Shown here piece by piece: positions 43,201-52,000 of a DNA stretch of 64,000 bases. Below the pieces are notes generated by a model. The model made no database searches and was not told the DNA's origin. It worked only from the letters and a program-made list of their open reading frames with translations. This DNA comes from Myxococcota bacterium (GTDB taxonomy: Bacteria > Myxococcota_A > UBA796 > CAJQPC01). A program made the position numbers and the translations under genes. Location: NCBI GenBank assembly GCA_036012755.1, contig DASCPX010000129.1, positions 32,001 through 96,000 of the forward strand, written 5' to 3'. Within the stretch, counting starts at the first letter, position 1. Every line of letters begins with the position of its first letter.

Positions 43201-43236
43201 GGCGCGGCCTTGTTGCGGCGGAGGCCAGGACGATGA
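37228..43236 (+). CDS. Giant acidic surface protein: Cys-rich repeat + thrombospondin C-terminal-like domain + Ca-binding repeats + MYXO-CTERM-like anchor
   Basis: CGDGVLDAGDECDDG..DGCDSRC; DDDYIGFV, FDWKK, GRLGFY..SQ; ~1700 aa of DxDGDG repeats; C-terminal GGWAC..FLLVLLGAALLRRR. Confidence 0.85.
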   Translation: MFLRILALLAATFVLGGDASAATTCGDGVLDAGDECDDGGKVDGDGCDSRCDIEPGWDCVFSSSFEEDFNESLVSSGTSASWSTATDSMSVSQSADSVPAVYLTTLPTEGVTITFDLEVTSSSDDDYIGFVVAYDKEESEETDAHWMLFDWKKADGSGSGCTAAEGFVMSRVTGEVSQEELWCHSDEVSEVARGDNYGSTGWTAGTTYEIELVYTATSITVSIDGVEEISETGNFPSGRLGFYVNSQDNASFELTSPDQSGFCVDGLDTDGDSIEDLVEVLDDEDTDRDGLDNFQDPDDDGDGIWTSEEYYGSATSPVGQDSDGDGTDDYLDDDDDDDGVDSIDEDIDGDGDPRDDDTDGDGTNDYLDTDDDDDSIPSADESLEGDTDGDGTPDHIDTDDDGDGIPTEDEAYDGNAAFEQDSDVDGTMDYLDEDDDEDLVDTIDEDVDGDGDPTNDDTDGDGTYDYLDLDDDDDGISTEEEQARGDTDGDGKGDHIDADDDGDGILTEDEVYDGTTDPDDQDSDGEGTADYLDADDDNDGVDTIDEDVDGDGDPTNDDTDGDGTYDYLDIDDDGDGVLTETEQGAGDTDGDGTPDHIDTDDDGDGILTEDEVYGGTTDPEDQDSDGDGTPDYVDADDDGDGVDTIDEDIDGDGDPTDDDTDGDATYDYLDDDDDGDGLSTIDEDTDGDGDPTNDDYDGDGTANYLDTDSDGDGIDDDVEVAAGYDPYDSDSDGDGVDDGTEVADGGDPLNDDDDGDGVDTEDEDVDGDGDASNDDTDGDGIPDYVDTDDDNDGVDTIDEVDERDSDRDGTDDYLDEDDDGDGVDTIDEDVDGDGDPMNDDSDVDGDADYLDEDDDEDDVDTLDEDVDGDGDPMNDDSDGDGIADYLDTDDDGDGIPTAEEDDSRDSDGDGVYNYLDDDEDNDGVANIDEDIDGDGDPRGDDSDGDGDDDYLDEDDDEDGIDTIDEDIDGDGDPMNDDTDGDGTADYLDEDDDGDGIPTHDEAVLVDYLDSDTGDTADDSYVDLADTDLDGTYDYLDADDEGDGVDTIDEDIDGDGDPTNDDSDGDGTVDFLDEDDDGDGVPTADESYSGTPGSTDTDGDGTADYLDTDDDGDGIPTLDQTDADEDGVYDNIDEDLDDDGDPTNDDTDGDGTPDYIDDDDDGDGIDTVAEDTDGDGDPTNDDLDGDGVANYFDDDSDGDGLTDAEEGLGDTDPFDDDSDDDGITDGDEEAIGSDPTDTETDTDGDGLTDADELGVYGTDHDDTDSDGDGLDDGDEVDIYGTDPDNADTDLDGLDDGYETNTSKTDPNDSDTDGDGARDGLELRVLVTDPLDKDTDADGLRDGDELDWGSDPLDTDTDRDGLEDGDEVDVWGTDPSDDDSDGDGLFDGDEVDFWGSDPAVYDSDGGGASDAEEAAAGTDPNDDTDDAPDADDSDSDLVPDSVEELIGTDPADDDTDDDGLMDGEELTAWRSNPLVPDTDGDGLTDYEEATVWSSSPASRDTDGDGLEDGAEAELYGSEPGLSDTDSDGIDDGEEVGLYGSDPGEADSDGDGLDDGEETWTHLSHPMRLDSDGDGVGDGVEVELWDSDPADDDTDGGGERDGVEVRAGSDPLDPQDDGSSSDLDGDGLTNADESVIGTDPADEDTDGDGLSDGDESLELGLDPDDLDSDGDGLDDNDEIDVHGTDPTMWDTDADGLGDGAEIADGTDPLDVDSDGDSISDGEEQVVHGTDPLGLDSDEDGLDDDEELYGWMTDPLVEDTDGGGRGDGDEVNGDGTDPIEPTDDLEDTDGDGLTDQTEENIHGTDPNLADTDSDGIDDGDELDLGTDPLDDDSDDDGLLDGEELDLGTDPLDDDSDDDGLSDGDEVDAYGTDPLSADSDGDGLDDATEIAGLGTDPNNADTDADGLDDGDELLLGTDPLDEDSDGDGLTDAEEVDLGTDPMNEDSDGGGKGDGDEVAEGRDPLDPDDDFDSGSYSGGWACASGPASPAGFLLVLLGAALLRRRPGR
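38026..43120 (+). repeat. Coding tandem repeats (two classes of Asp-rich Ca-binding units)
   Basis: First half DEDxDGDGDPxNDDxDGDGxxDYLD units; after ~40800, GTDPxxxDxDGDGLxDGxE units. Confidence 0.85.
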
Positions 43237-45020
43237 TCTGGATGCTGGCAGGCCTCGCACAGGCCCAGGACGACGACGTGAGTGCCGGGGACGCCCCGGA
43301 GATCAACGCTCAGCTCTTCCGCCCGTCGATCGACAGTCGCCACACCCTGTGGACCGACGAGTCCGTCAGTGGAGCGACGAGGGACACCTCCTTCCGAGCT
43401 GCCTTGCACTACGTGAACGACCCGCTGGTCTACACCTATGCGGACGACACCCGCGCCGAGCTGGTGAGCGGCTTGTGGCAGCTCTCGCTGATGGCCGGCC
43501 ATGTCCGCGGACCGGTGCGCCTGGGTGTCGACCTGCCCGTCTACCTCCGCAGCTTCGGCACGGCGGGCGGCGAGACTGGGCTCGGAGACGTCGCCGTGGA
43601 TGTCAGGGCGACGGCGTGGGACCGCTACGAGCGTCCCGTCGGGATCGCGGTCGCGGGACGCGTCGGAGTCCCGACCGCTACCGTCCAGGCACCGCTCGGC
43701 AGCGGTGGCATCGGCTGGGAAGCGGCCTTGATCGTCGACAAACAGGTCACCGAGCAGTTCCTGGTCGCCGCGAACATCGGCACCCGTGGCATGCCGGCGG
43801 TCGAGCTCGAGAACATCGAGTGGGACGACCAGCTCTTCATTCGGGTCGGTGGCGGCTACTCGATCGATGACATCACCTCGATCTCCCTCGACGTCGCGAG
43901 CCAGTTCACCTACGGCGTCTCGGAGCCGGAAGGCCGGCCTGTCGAGGCCCTGCTCGGCGGCGCTCGGCGACTCGGCGCGGAGAGCCCCTTCGTGGTCCGC
44001 GGGGGTATGGGCACCGGCCTGAACTCCGGCATCGGGGCCCCCAAGTACAGGGTCGTCGCCGCCATCGCCTACGAACTCCCCGGCGAGCGGGATCGTGACG
44101 GCGACACGATCATCGACCGCGAGGACCAGTGCACGAACGAGGCAGAGGACCTCGATGGGATCAAGGATGACGACGGTTGCCCCGACCCCACGCGCGTCGT
44201 GGTCGAGGTCTACGATCGTCGGCTCCAGCCTGTCGATGACGCGACCTGGACCTTGGAGGGACCACAGAGCTCCAGCGGGCGCTCGTTCCAGTCCGGCGAG
44301 GTCTTCGGCGGCGACTTCACGCTGACCGTCGAGGCCCCGGCCTTCGGTCAGCTCGTGCAAGAGGTCCAGGTCCCCGATGCCAGGGCGCACACCCTCCGGG
44401 TCGAGCTCGGCGTGCCGATGGGCACGCTGACGATCGTCGCCCACACGCCAGGAGGAAAGCCGATCGAAGGCGCGGTCTGGCGTTCCTCGGCGACGAACTA
44501 CGAGGAGGTCGTCACTGGCGAGGCCTACTCCCTGGCCCCGGGGAGCCACGATCTCGTCGTCACCGCCCCAGGTTTCCAGGCGGGCGAGGCCACCGCCCAG
44601 GTCGTGTCCTTTGGAGAAGGAACGGTGGTCGTCACGCTGGAGCGGTCCCGAGCGCGCCTGGTCGGCTCCCAGATCGAGATCAGCGACTCGGTCTACTTCG
44701 AGACGGGCTCCGCGACCATCGAGCTGGAGAGCCACAGTCTCCTGCGCGAGGTCGCGCAGGTGCTCGGCGCCCACCCGGAGCTGAAGAAGGTCCGCGTCGA
44801 AGGCCACACCGACAGCCGAGGCGCGGCGGAGGACAACAAGTCCCTCTCTCAGGAGCGCGCGGAGGCGGTCGTTGCCTACCTCGTCGAGCAGGGCGTCGAG
44901 GCCGCCCGCCTCGAAGCGGTCGGCTATGGCCAGGAGCGTCCCCTCTTGAAGGAGGAGACGCCAGAGGCCCACGAGATGAACCAGCGCGTCGACTTCTTCG
45001 TCGCCGAGCGCGACGAGTAG
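43233..45020 (+). CDS. OmpA-family outer membrane protein, translationally coupled to the giant surface protein
   Basis: ATGA overlap; INAQLFRPSID barrel N-terminus, short TSP3 repeat, two beta-sandwich segments, VEGHTDSRG..LSQERAEAV..NQRVDF. Confidence 0.88.
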   Translation: MIWMLAGLAQAQDDDVSAGDAPEINAQLFRPSIDSRHTLWTDESVSGATRDTSFRAALHYVNDPLVYTYADDTRAELVSGLWQLSLMAGHVRGPVRLGVDLPVYLRSFGTAGGETGLGDVAVDVRATAWDRYERPVGIAVAGRVGVPTATVQAPLGSGGIGWEAALIVDKQVTEQFLVAANIGTRGMPAVELENIEWDDQLFIRVGGGYSIDDITSISLDVASQFTYGVSEPEGRPVEALLGGARRLGAESPFVVRGGMGTGLNSGIGAPKYRVVAAIAYELPGERDRDGDTIIDREDQCTNEAEDLDGIKDDDGCPDPTRVVVEVYDRRLQPVDDATWTLEGPQSSSGRSFQSGEVFGGDFTLTVEAPAFGQLVQEVQVPDARAHTLRVELGVPMGTLTIVAHTPGGKPIEGAVWRSSATNYEEVVTGEAYSLAPGSHDLVVTAPGFQAGEATAQVVSFGEGTVVVTLERSRARLVGSQIEISDSVYFETGSATIELESHSLLREVAQVLGAHPELKKVRVEGHTDSRGAAEDNKSLSQERAEAVVAYLVEQGVEAARLEAVGYGQERPLLKEETPEAHEMNQRVDFFVAERDE

Positions 45021-45021
45021 G

Positions 45022-45594
45022 TCACTCCACGACAGCAGCCGCCCGGTAGAGCTCCTGCATCATGAAGTCCGCGGAACCCACCTGGGTCGCGCGGACGATC
45101 CACTCGGGGATGCTGCCGGCGGGGTCGTAGTAGAAGAGCGCCTCGACGACGACGCCGTCCTCGGCTGGAAGGATGCGGTAGTAGCCCTCGTCACGGTCTG
45201 GGTTCACGCGGCTGGGGTCGACCTCTGGCTGCACCGGGGACCGGACCCAGTCGTGGCGCGTGGCCCCGTCATCCTCGCTGGACCAGGTCCAGGTGAGCTC
45301 GATCTCACGGTCGTCGACACCAGGGAGGTCGTGAACGTGGTGGACGCGGACCTGCTCGTCGGTGCGCTCGACCTCTTCGCAGGTCGCTATGGAGGCCCAG
45401 GTGTCGTCATGGTCGCTGTAGGCCGAGATCAGGGCTTCGATGGCCCCTGCGTCGATGTCGGCCCAGGTGCAGGTCGCGTGCAGCGGACTGTTGTTTTCGG
45501 CTTCGGTGGGGCCCCTCCGAAAGACGCATCCCCCGGACTCCCGGACCACCTCCCAGCTGTCCTGACCGAGGACGACCGGGAGGACGAGCCACAT
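45022..45594 (-). CDS. Secreted START/SRPBCC-like protein
   Basis: LPGVDDRE, EGYYRI, YDPAGSIPEWIV START-like motifs. Confidence 0.65.
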   Translation of the reverse strand: MWLVLPVVLGQDSWEVVRESGGCVFRRGPTEAENNSPLHATCTWADIDAGAIEALISAYSDHDDTWASIATCEEVERTDEQVRVHHVHDLPGVDDREIELTWTWSSEDDGATRHDWVRSPVQPEVDPSRVNPDRDEGYYRILPAEDGVVVEALFYYDPAGSIPEWIVRATQVGSADFMMQELYRAAAVVE

Positions 45595-46166
45595 CAGTTC
45601 GCGGTCGTGTAGGCCCGCAAATCGCCCAGGAAGTCGATGATGCCGGTGCCCTGGAAGGCCCGGATGACGAAGCTCGGCACCGAGCCGCCCGGCGCATAGT
45701 CGAGCACGTAGACGAGCGAGACGCCGCCCTTTTCGTGCTCGCTGATCACCCACTTGCCCGTGTTGACCTCTGTGTTGATGCGGCCATCGGCCACCGCGGG
45801 CTGGGTCTTGGCTTTCGTCCACCAGTGGATGATGGCGTCACCATCGGTCTTCCGTCCCATCAGCTCGACGAGCTCGCGGTCGTCCAGCGGTGGGTTGCGG
45901 TGGACCTGCCTCACGCTGCTGGTGCCGTCTTTTTCCGAGAGCACGGTGCTCTCGATGATGATCGTGAAGACATCATCGTGGATGCCCACGTCGCCGAGGA
46001 TCTGATCGATCTCCTCGACGGTCTGCTCCGGCCAGTGGCACTCGGCGTGGACTGTACCGATCCCTTGGGCGTTCTCTGGCCCGATGTAGATCGTGCAGCC
46101 GTTGCCGGACTTGCCTTCGGCGAAGCCCTTCGGTGCGGCGAGGGCGGTGGCGACGAGAAACAGCAT
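45594..46166 (-). CDS. Secreted START/SRPBCC-like protein
   Basis: PPLDDRE, NTGKWVI, YAPGGSVPSFVI; paralog of the downstream gene, TGATG overlap. Confidence 0.7.
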   Translation of the reverse strand: MLFLVATALAAPKGFAEGKSGNGCTIYIGPENAQGIGTVHAECHWPEQTVEEIDQILGDVGIHDDVFTIIIESTVLSEKDGTSSVRQVHRNPPLDDRELVELMGRKTDGDAIIHWWTKAKTQPAVADGRINTEVNTGKWVISEHEKGGVSLVYVLDYAPGGSVPSFVIRAFQGTGIIDFLGDLRAYTTAN

Positions 46167-46222
46167 GTTGACTCCAGAGACGCCGAACCTAACACCGCGG
46201 CCCCTGGTTAGACTCCGCGCCT

Positions 46223-47440
46223 ATGTCCAGAGCGGTGGTCATCGGCGGAGGCATCACGGGCACGCTGGTTGCCATGGAGTTGCGTCGGTCCGGCCGGGAG
46301 GTGGTGCTGCTGGAGGGGCAGCACGTCGGCGCGGGCTCGTCTTCCCGAACGGCTGCCGGCATTCGCCAGCAGTTCTCTACCCGCGAGACGGTGCTGGGGA
46401 TGCGCTACAGCGTCGACTTCTATCGCCGCTGGTCGGAGATCGTGGGCGGCGGTGGTGATCCGATCCACCAGAATGGCTACCTGTTCTTGATCGACGACCC
46501 GACCCGGTGGGAGGGAGCCGCTCGTCGGGTCGAGGACCAGAAGAGGTGGGGGCTGGATGACGTCGAGGCCCTGTCGCCGGACGAGGTCGCCGCTCGCTTC
46601 CCCTTCGTCGACAGCGACGCCATCTGCGGCGGCACCTGGTGCCCGAGCGACGGCTTCCTGCGACCAGAGGTCGTCTACAACGACGCGGCGGCCGCCTTCA
46701 GGGTGCAGGGCGGTGAGCTCCGCCAGAACGCCGAGGTCACCGGCAGCGAGCTCCTCGGGGGACGGCTCGTCGCGGTCGAGACGACCAAGGGCCGGGTCGA
46801 GGGCGATGTCTTCGTCGACTGCACCAACGCCTGGACCCGGCGGGTCGCGCCGCTGTTGGGTGGGACGCCGCTCCCGGTCGCTGCGCTGAAGCGCTACCTC
46901 TGGTTCTTCGAGCGCGGCGGCCCGATGAGCTCGGCAGAGCTCCTTGCGATGCCGCTGACCATCGTGCCTGGCGGGGCCTACTGCCGCCCCGAGAACTCGG
47001 CGTCGTTGATGGTCGGCTGGAAGCACGACGCAGAGGACGTGAGCGCCTCCTTCACCTACGAGGACCAGGACAGCGTGGAGTCGGGCTTCTCCCACAAGAC
47101 CGGGATCGACGCCCGCCCCTTCGACGCGTGGATGGCCCTGGCGGATGTGCTGCCGCCGGTCGGCGAGTTCGCTGGCATCGCCGCCACGACCGCTGGGTTC
47201 TACGGGACGACCCCTGACCACAACCCCTACCTGGACATCGATCCGCAGGTGCCGAACCTCGTTCGCCTGGTCGGCTTCTCCGGCCATGGGGCGATGTTTG
47301 GCCCCTTTTCGGCGCGGGTGGCTGTGGAGTTGTGCGGCGGGAAGCACCCTGGGAGCATCGAGGTGCTCGGCGAGTCGGTCTCGCTCGAGGCCTTCCGCAT
47401 CGGCCGCCCTTCTGGGGACGCGGAGGCCATGGTCATCTGA
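46223..47440 (+). CDS. FAD-dependent oxidoreductase (DAO / sarcosine oxidase beta-like)
   Basis: VIGGGITG, GSSSRTAAGIRQQF, GYLFL, GFYGTTPDHNP, GFSGHG.MFGP. Confidence 0.9.
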   Translation: MSRAVVIGGGITGTLVAMELRRSGREVVLLEGQHVGAGSSSRTAAGIRQQFSTRETVLGMRYSVDFYRRWSEIVGGGGDPIHQNGYLFLIDDPTRWEGAARRVEDQKRWGLDDVEALSPDEVAARFPFVDSDAICGGTWCPSDGFLRPEVVYNDAAAAFRVQGGELRQNAEVTGSELLGGRLVAVETTKGRVEGDVFVDCTNAWTRRVAPLLGGTPLPVAALKRYLWFFERGGPMSSAELLAMPLTIVPGGAYCRPENSASLMVGWKHDAEDVSASFTYEDQDSVESGFSHKTGIDARPFDAWMALADVLPPVGEFAGIAATTAGFYGTTPDHNPYLDIDPQVPNLVRLVGFSGHGAMFGPFSARVAVELCGGKHPGSIEVLGESVSLEAFRIGRPSGDAEAMVI

Positions 47441-47449
47441 GCGCATGTC

Positions 47450-47833
47450 ATGGCAACGAAAGGCCTGGCGACAGAGATCATGTATATTTTTGTCTCAGTG
47501 GCTCGGAACCCCCCAACCAGCCGAACACATGGCCGAATTCGGTTGAACGGATGGGCGGACTACCGGCAGGGTGAACTCTACGGGTCGTGGGTCCTGTTGG
47601 ATGTGAGCGCAGGCGGCTTCTGCGCCTGTGGGGATCTCGGGGCGCTCGACCTCGAGAAGCCCCTGGACGTGGAGCTGCGAAACGATGAGCGCACGCTGGA
47701 GACCCGCCTGCTGATCGCCTGGCGGCGCTACGAGCCCACCGGCGTGTCGGTCCATGGCTGGACCTTCCTCCACGAGGTCCCGGACATCCTGGACTTCATG
47801 GCATCGCTCACCCGCGGGGCCCACTCGGGGTGA
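47450..47833 (+). CDS. PilZ-domain protein
   Basis: RTHGR (RxxxR) and DVSAGG (DxSxxG); start uncertain. Confidence 0.65.
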   Translation: MATKGLATEIMYIFVSVARNPPTSRTHGRIRLNGWADYRQGELYGSWVLLDVSAGGFCACGDLGALDLEKPLDVELRNDERTLETRLLIAWRRYEPTGVSVHGWTFLHEVPDILDFMASLTRGAHSG

Positions 47834-48474
47834 TCGTCGAGCCGTCGCTGGTGCTGGGGACCCACCCCGCCATCGTCGGACGTGACCGCCAGTGCGACGT
47901 CGCGCTCGACGACGAGAGCGTCGCCGAGCACCACGTCTGCGCCTGGGCGGAGGGCGACCAGGTCATTGTCGCCAGCCTGGGATCCGGGGTTCCGATCGAG
48001 CTCGACGGTCGAGCGGTCGTCGGTCGCGCGAGCGCTCTGTCTGGCTCCTGGCTCTTGCTGGGGAACGCGCCGCCATTCCGCCTGGTGGCTTCGGCGCTCT
48101 CTGATGCGCCGGTGCGCCTCTCGCTGCGCAACGCGCCGCAGCTGTGGGTCCGCTTCGACCACTCCCGCCAGACGCCGCGCCTGACACTGCAGCTGGGACG
48201 TACGGCGGACATCGCCTTCGTCCTGGCCGCTCGCCTGGCCTGGGATGGCACCTTGCGGCTCGGCGCCGACGCCGGCTGGCTCGACGACCAGGATCTCGCG
48301 GACCAGCTCTGGGGCAAGGGCCGATGTGCCGAGGGATCCCTCAACGTCGCCGTCCATCGTCTCCGCGGCGAGCTCGAGGAGCACGGCTTCGCGCGTGATC
48401 TCGTACAGAAGGCCCAGGGGCGAACGCGCCTCCGGCCGGACAGGGTCGGGGTCCACGCCGCGCTGCTGAGATGA
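47830..48474 (+). CDS. FHA domain + C-terminal winged-helix protein
   Basis: IVGRDRQCDVALDDESVAEHH FHA-like motif; LADQLWG..SLNVAVHRLRGEL OmpR-like wHTH. Confidence 0.7.
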   Translation: MIVEPSLVLGTHPAIVGRDRQCDVALDDESVAEHHVCAWAEGDQVIVASLGSGVPIELDGRAVVGRASALSGSWLLLGNAPPFRLVASALSDAPVRLSLRNAPQLWVRFDHSRQTPRLTLQLGRTADIAFVLAARLAWDGTLRLGADAGWLDDQDLADQLWGKGRCAEGSLNVAVHRLRGELEEHGFARDLVQKAQGRTRLRPDRVGVHAALLR

Positions 48475-48531
48475 AAGTTTACTGGTCCAACGCCCACTTT
48501 CTTACTAGTCTGGAGTTCTGAGGGAGTCCAG

Positions 48532-49011
48532 ATGGACCGCAAGCCATCCGTTCCGCGCTCCGGAGTCCGCAAGCGTCTGCCAGGTCACGCCGTGTACCGC
48601 CAGGGCGATTGTCGAGGCCAGTGGCGCCTCCTCGACCTCTCGGAGGGCGGCTTCCAGGCTGCCGGCGACATCGGCGAGCTCGAACTCTCGAAGGACGTCA
48701 TCGTTCGCATCAGGCACGGAGACCGGGACTTCAGCGCTCGTGTCGTGAACGTCTGGCGCCGCCGGACGCCCGGAGGCGACTGTCTGCATGGCTGGGAGAT
48801 CGCCGAGCTCTCGGACGATGCGAGCGTCGGCCTCGAGCTCACCCTCGATGCGGGGGCCGAGAGAGCTCCTCTCCCGAGCCTCCCGAAGGCCCGGCCCGAG
48901 GTCTCCGCCGCGCCGGCACCCTCGACTCCCCGGATTCCATGGGGTGCGTGGGTTGCGCTCCTGAGCCTCACGGCTGCGCTGGTCGCAGGAGTCATCACGC
49001 TCTACCTCTGA
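48532..49011 (+). CDS. PilZ-domain protein with C-terminal membrane anchor
   Basis: RSGVR and DLSEGG motifs, Pro-rich linker, terminal hydrophobic helix. Confidence 0.7.
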   Translation: MDRKPSVPRSGVRKRLPGHAVYRQGDCRGQWRLLDLSEGGFQAAGDIGELELSKDVIVRIRHGDRDFSARVVNVWRRRTPGGDCLHGWEIAELSDDASVGLELTLDAGAERAPLPSLPKARPEVSAAPAPSTPRIPWGAWVALLSLTAALVAGVITLYL

Positions 49012-49092
49012 GCGGCCCGCTCTCGGCGGCCCTGTTGACCGGAGCCGACCCTTCGGCTCTAGTTCCCGCGACCGCTAGCCAGGAAGGCCGTG

Positions 49093-52000
49093 ATGATGGA
49101 CAGCGCGATTCGTATGCTCGGGCTCTGGGGGCTGATCACCCTCGCGCTCGCTCCGGGGATCGCCGCTGCGGCTTGCGGTGACGGCACGCTCGACACGGGC
49201 GAGGACTGTGACGACGAGAACACCACCAATGGCGACGGCTGCGACAGCAGCTGCGCGGTCGAGCTGGGCTGGGAGTGCGTGCAGTCCAGCTTCGAGCTGG
49301 ACTTCGCCGAGGTCGTGTACGACGACGGCCACAGTTCCCCGAGCTGGACGCTGAGCTCGGACAAGGCGACGGTGACGCAGTCCGTCAACGCCGACGCGGC
49401 GGTCTACGTGTCCACCCTGCCCGCCGAGGGCACGGCGATCACGGTCGAGCTGACCGTGAACACCAGCAGCGACGACGACTTCATCGGCTTTGCCCTGGGC
49501 TACGACGCTGGCGAAGGCTCCAGCTCGAGCGGTGAGTGGCTGCTCTTCGACTGGAAGCAAGGCACCCAGTACAGCAGCAACTGCGGCTACGGCAACGCCG
49601 GTACGGCGCTCTCCCTGGTCAGCGGGGCGCTCGCAGTTGGCGACACCTGGTGTCACACGGGCGCTATCAGCGAGATCACCCGGGGCAGCACCTATGGCTC
49701 GACCGGTTGGAGCGACAACACGACCTACACGGTGGTGGTCGAGTGCACCGCTACGACCCTGGACGTGTCGATCAACGGGAGTGTGGACATCGCCGAGACC
49801 GGCACCTTCGACTGCGGCAACTTCGGCTTCTACAACTACAGCCAGGCCAGCATCGAGTACGAGCTCATCGATCCGTTGGACGTCTCGGTCTGTGTCGAGA
49901 TGGACAGCGACGGCGACGGGGTCTACGACGCGGACGAGGACGTCGACGGCTCTGGCGACCTCGACGATGACGACACCGACGGCGACGGGGTCGCCGACTA
50001 CCTCGATACGGACGACGACGGCGACGGCATCGACACGGCGGACGAGGTCTACGACGGCACCACCGACCCCATGGACCAGGACAGCGACGGTGACGGGACC
50101 GCCGACTACCTCGATTCGGACGACGACGACGACGGCGTAGACACCAGCGACGAGGACGTCGACGGCGACGGTGACCCGACCAACGACGACAGCGACGGTG
50201 ATGGCACCGACGACTACCTCGATACGGACGATGACGACGACGGTGTCCTCACAGAGGACGAGGTCGACGAGGGCGACACGGACGGTGACGGCACCGACGA
50301 CTACCTCGACACCGACGACGACGGTGACGGCATCGACACGGCGGACGAGGTCTACGACGGCACCATCGACCCCATGGACCAGGACAGCGACGGTGACGGC
50401 GCTGCCGACTACCTCGACGCGGACGACGACGGTGACGGGGTCGACACCACTGAAGAGGACATCGACGGCGACGGTGACCCCACCAACGACGACTCTGATG
50501 GTGACGGGGACAGCGACTACCTCGATGTCGACGACGACGGCGACGGCATCGACACCATCGACGAGGACGCCGACGGTGACGGCGACCCGACCAACGACGA
50601 CACCGACGGCGACGGGACACCGAACCACCTCGACAGCGACAGCGACGGCGACGGTATCGACGACGACGTCGAGGTGGCAGACGGGACCGATCCCTATGAC
50701 AGCGACTCGGACGACGACGGGCTGGACGACGGCCAGGAGGCGGAGCTGGGCACCGACGCGAACGCGGACGCCGATCTCGACGGAGACGGTCTCAGCGACG
50801 CGGACGAGATCCTCGTCTACGGCACCGACCACGACGACACGGACTCGGACGAGGACGGCATCGAAGACGGGGACGAGGTGACCGAGGGTACGGATCCGGA
50901 CGACGCCGACAGCGACGACGACGGGCTCTCCGACCTCTACGAGCGCGACGTCACCGGCACCGATCCGAACGACAACGACTCAGACGACGACGGCCTCGAC
51001 GATGGCATCGAGCACGTCGTCACCGGCACGGATCCGAACGACTCCGACAGCGACGACGATGGTCTCTCCGATGGCGACGAGGTCACCGCGTACGGCACGG
51101 ATCCCAACCTCGATGACAGCGACGACGACGGTCTGTCCGACGGCGACGAGGTCGACGCGGGGACAGATGCTCTCTCTCGCGACAGCGACGGCGACGGTCT
51201 CTCCGACGGCGACGAGGTCACCGACGGCACGGATCCGCTGGACGGCAGCGACACCGACAACACGGGCACCGACACAGACGGAGATGGACTCTCTGATGCC
51301 TTCGAAGAGGCGATCGGCACGGATCCGGACAACGCCGACACAGACGGTGACGGGCTCTCCGATGGTGACGAGGTCCTCAGCTACGGCACCGACCCGCGCT
51401 GGGGAGACACCGACGGGGACGGCCTCTCCGACGGCGACGAGGTCGACACCTATGGGACCGACGCGCTCTCTCGCGACAGCGACGGTGACGGGCTCGAGGA
51501 TGGGGACGAGCTCCTCGCCAGAGGCACGGACCCGCTCGATGCGGACAGTGACGACGACGGCCTCGACGATGGTGAAGAGGCCGTCTGGGGCACGGACCCG
51601 CTCGATAGCGACAGCGACGGCGACAGCCTGAGCGATGGCGACGAGGTCTGGACCCACGGGACGGATCCGGCCAACGCCGACACCGACGGCGACAGCCTGA
51701 GTGACGGCGAGGAGCTCCTCACCCACGGTACCGATCCGCTCGACGAGGACACGGACGGCGGCGGCGTCTGGGACGGTCAGGAGCTCGACGAGGGCACGGA
51801 CCCGAGCGACGCTGCCGATGATGGCGACGGCACCGACACCGACGGCGACGGGCTCTCGGACGCCTACGAGAACCTCATCGGCACGGACCCCGGGAGCGCT
51901 GATTCCGACGGCGATGGCCTCGATGACGGCGAGGAGGTCGAGAGCTTCGGCACGGATCCGCTGGTGGCGGACAGTGACGGCGATGGCCTCGACGATGGCG

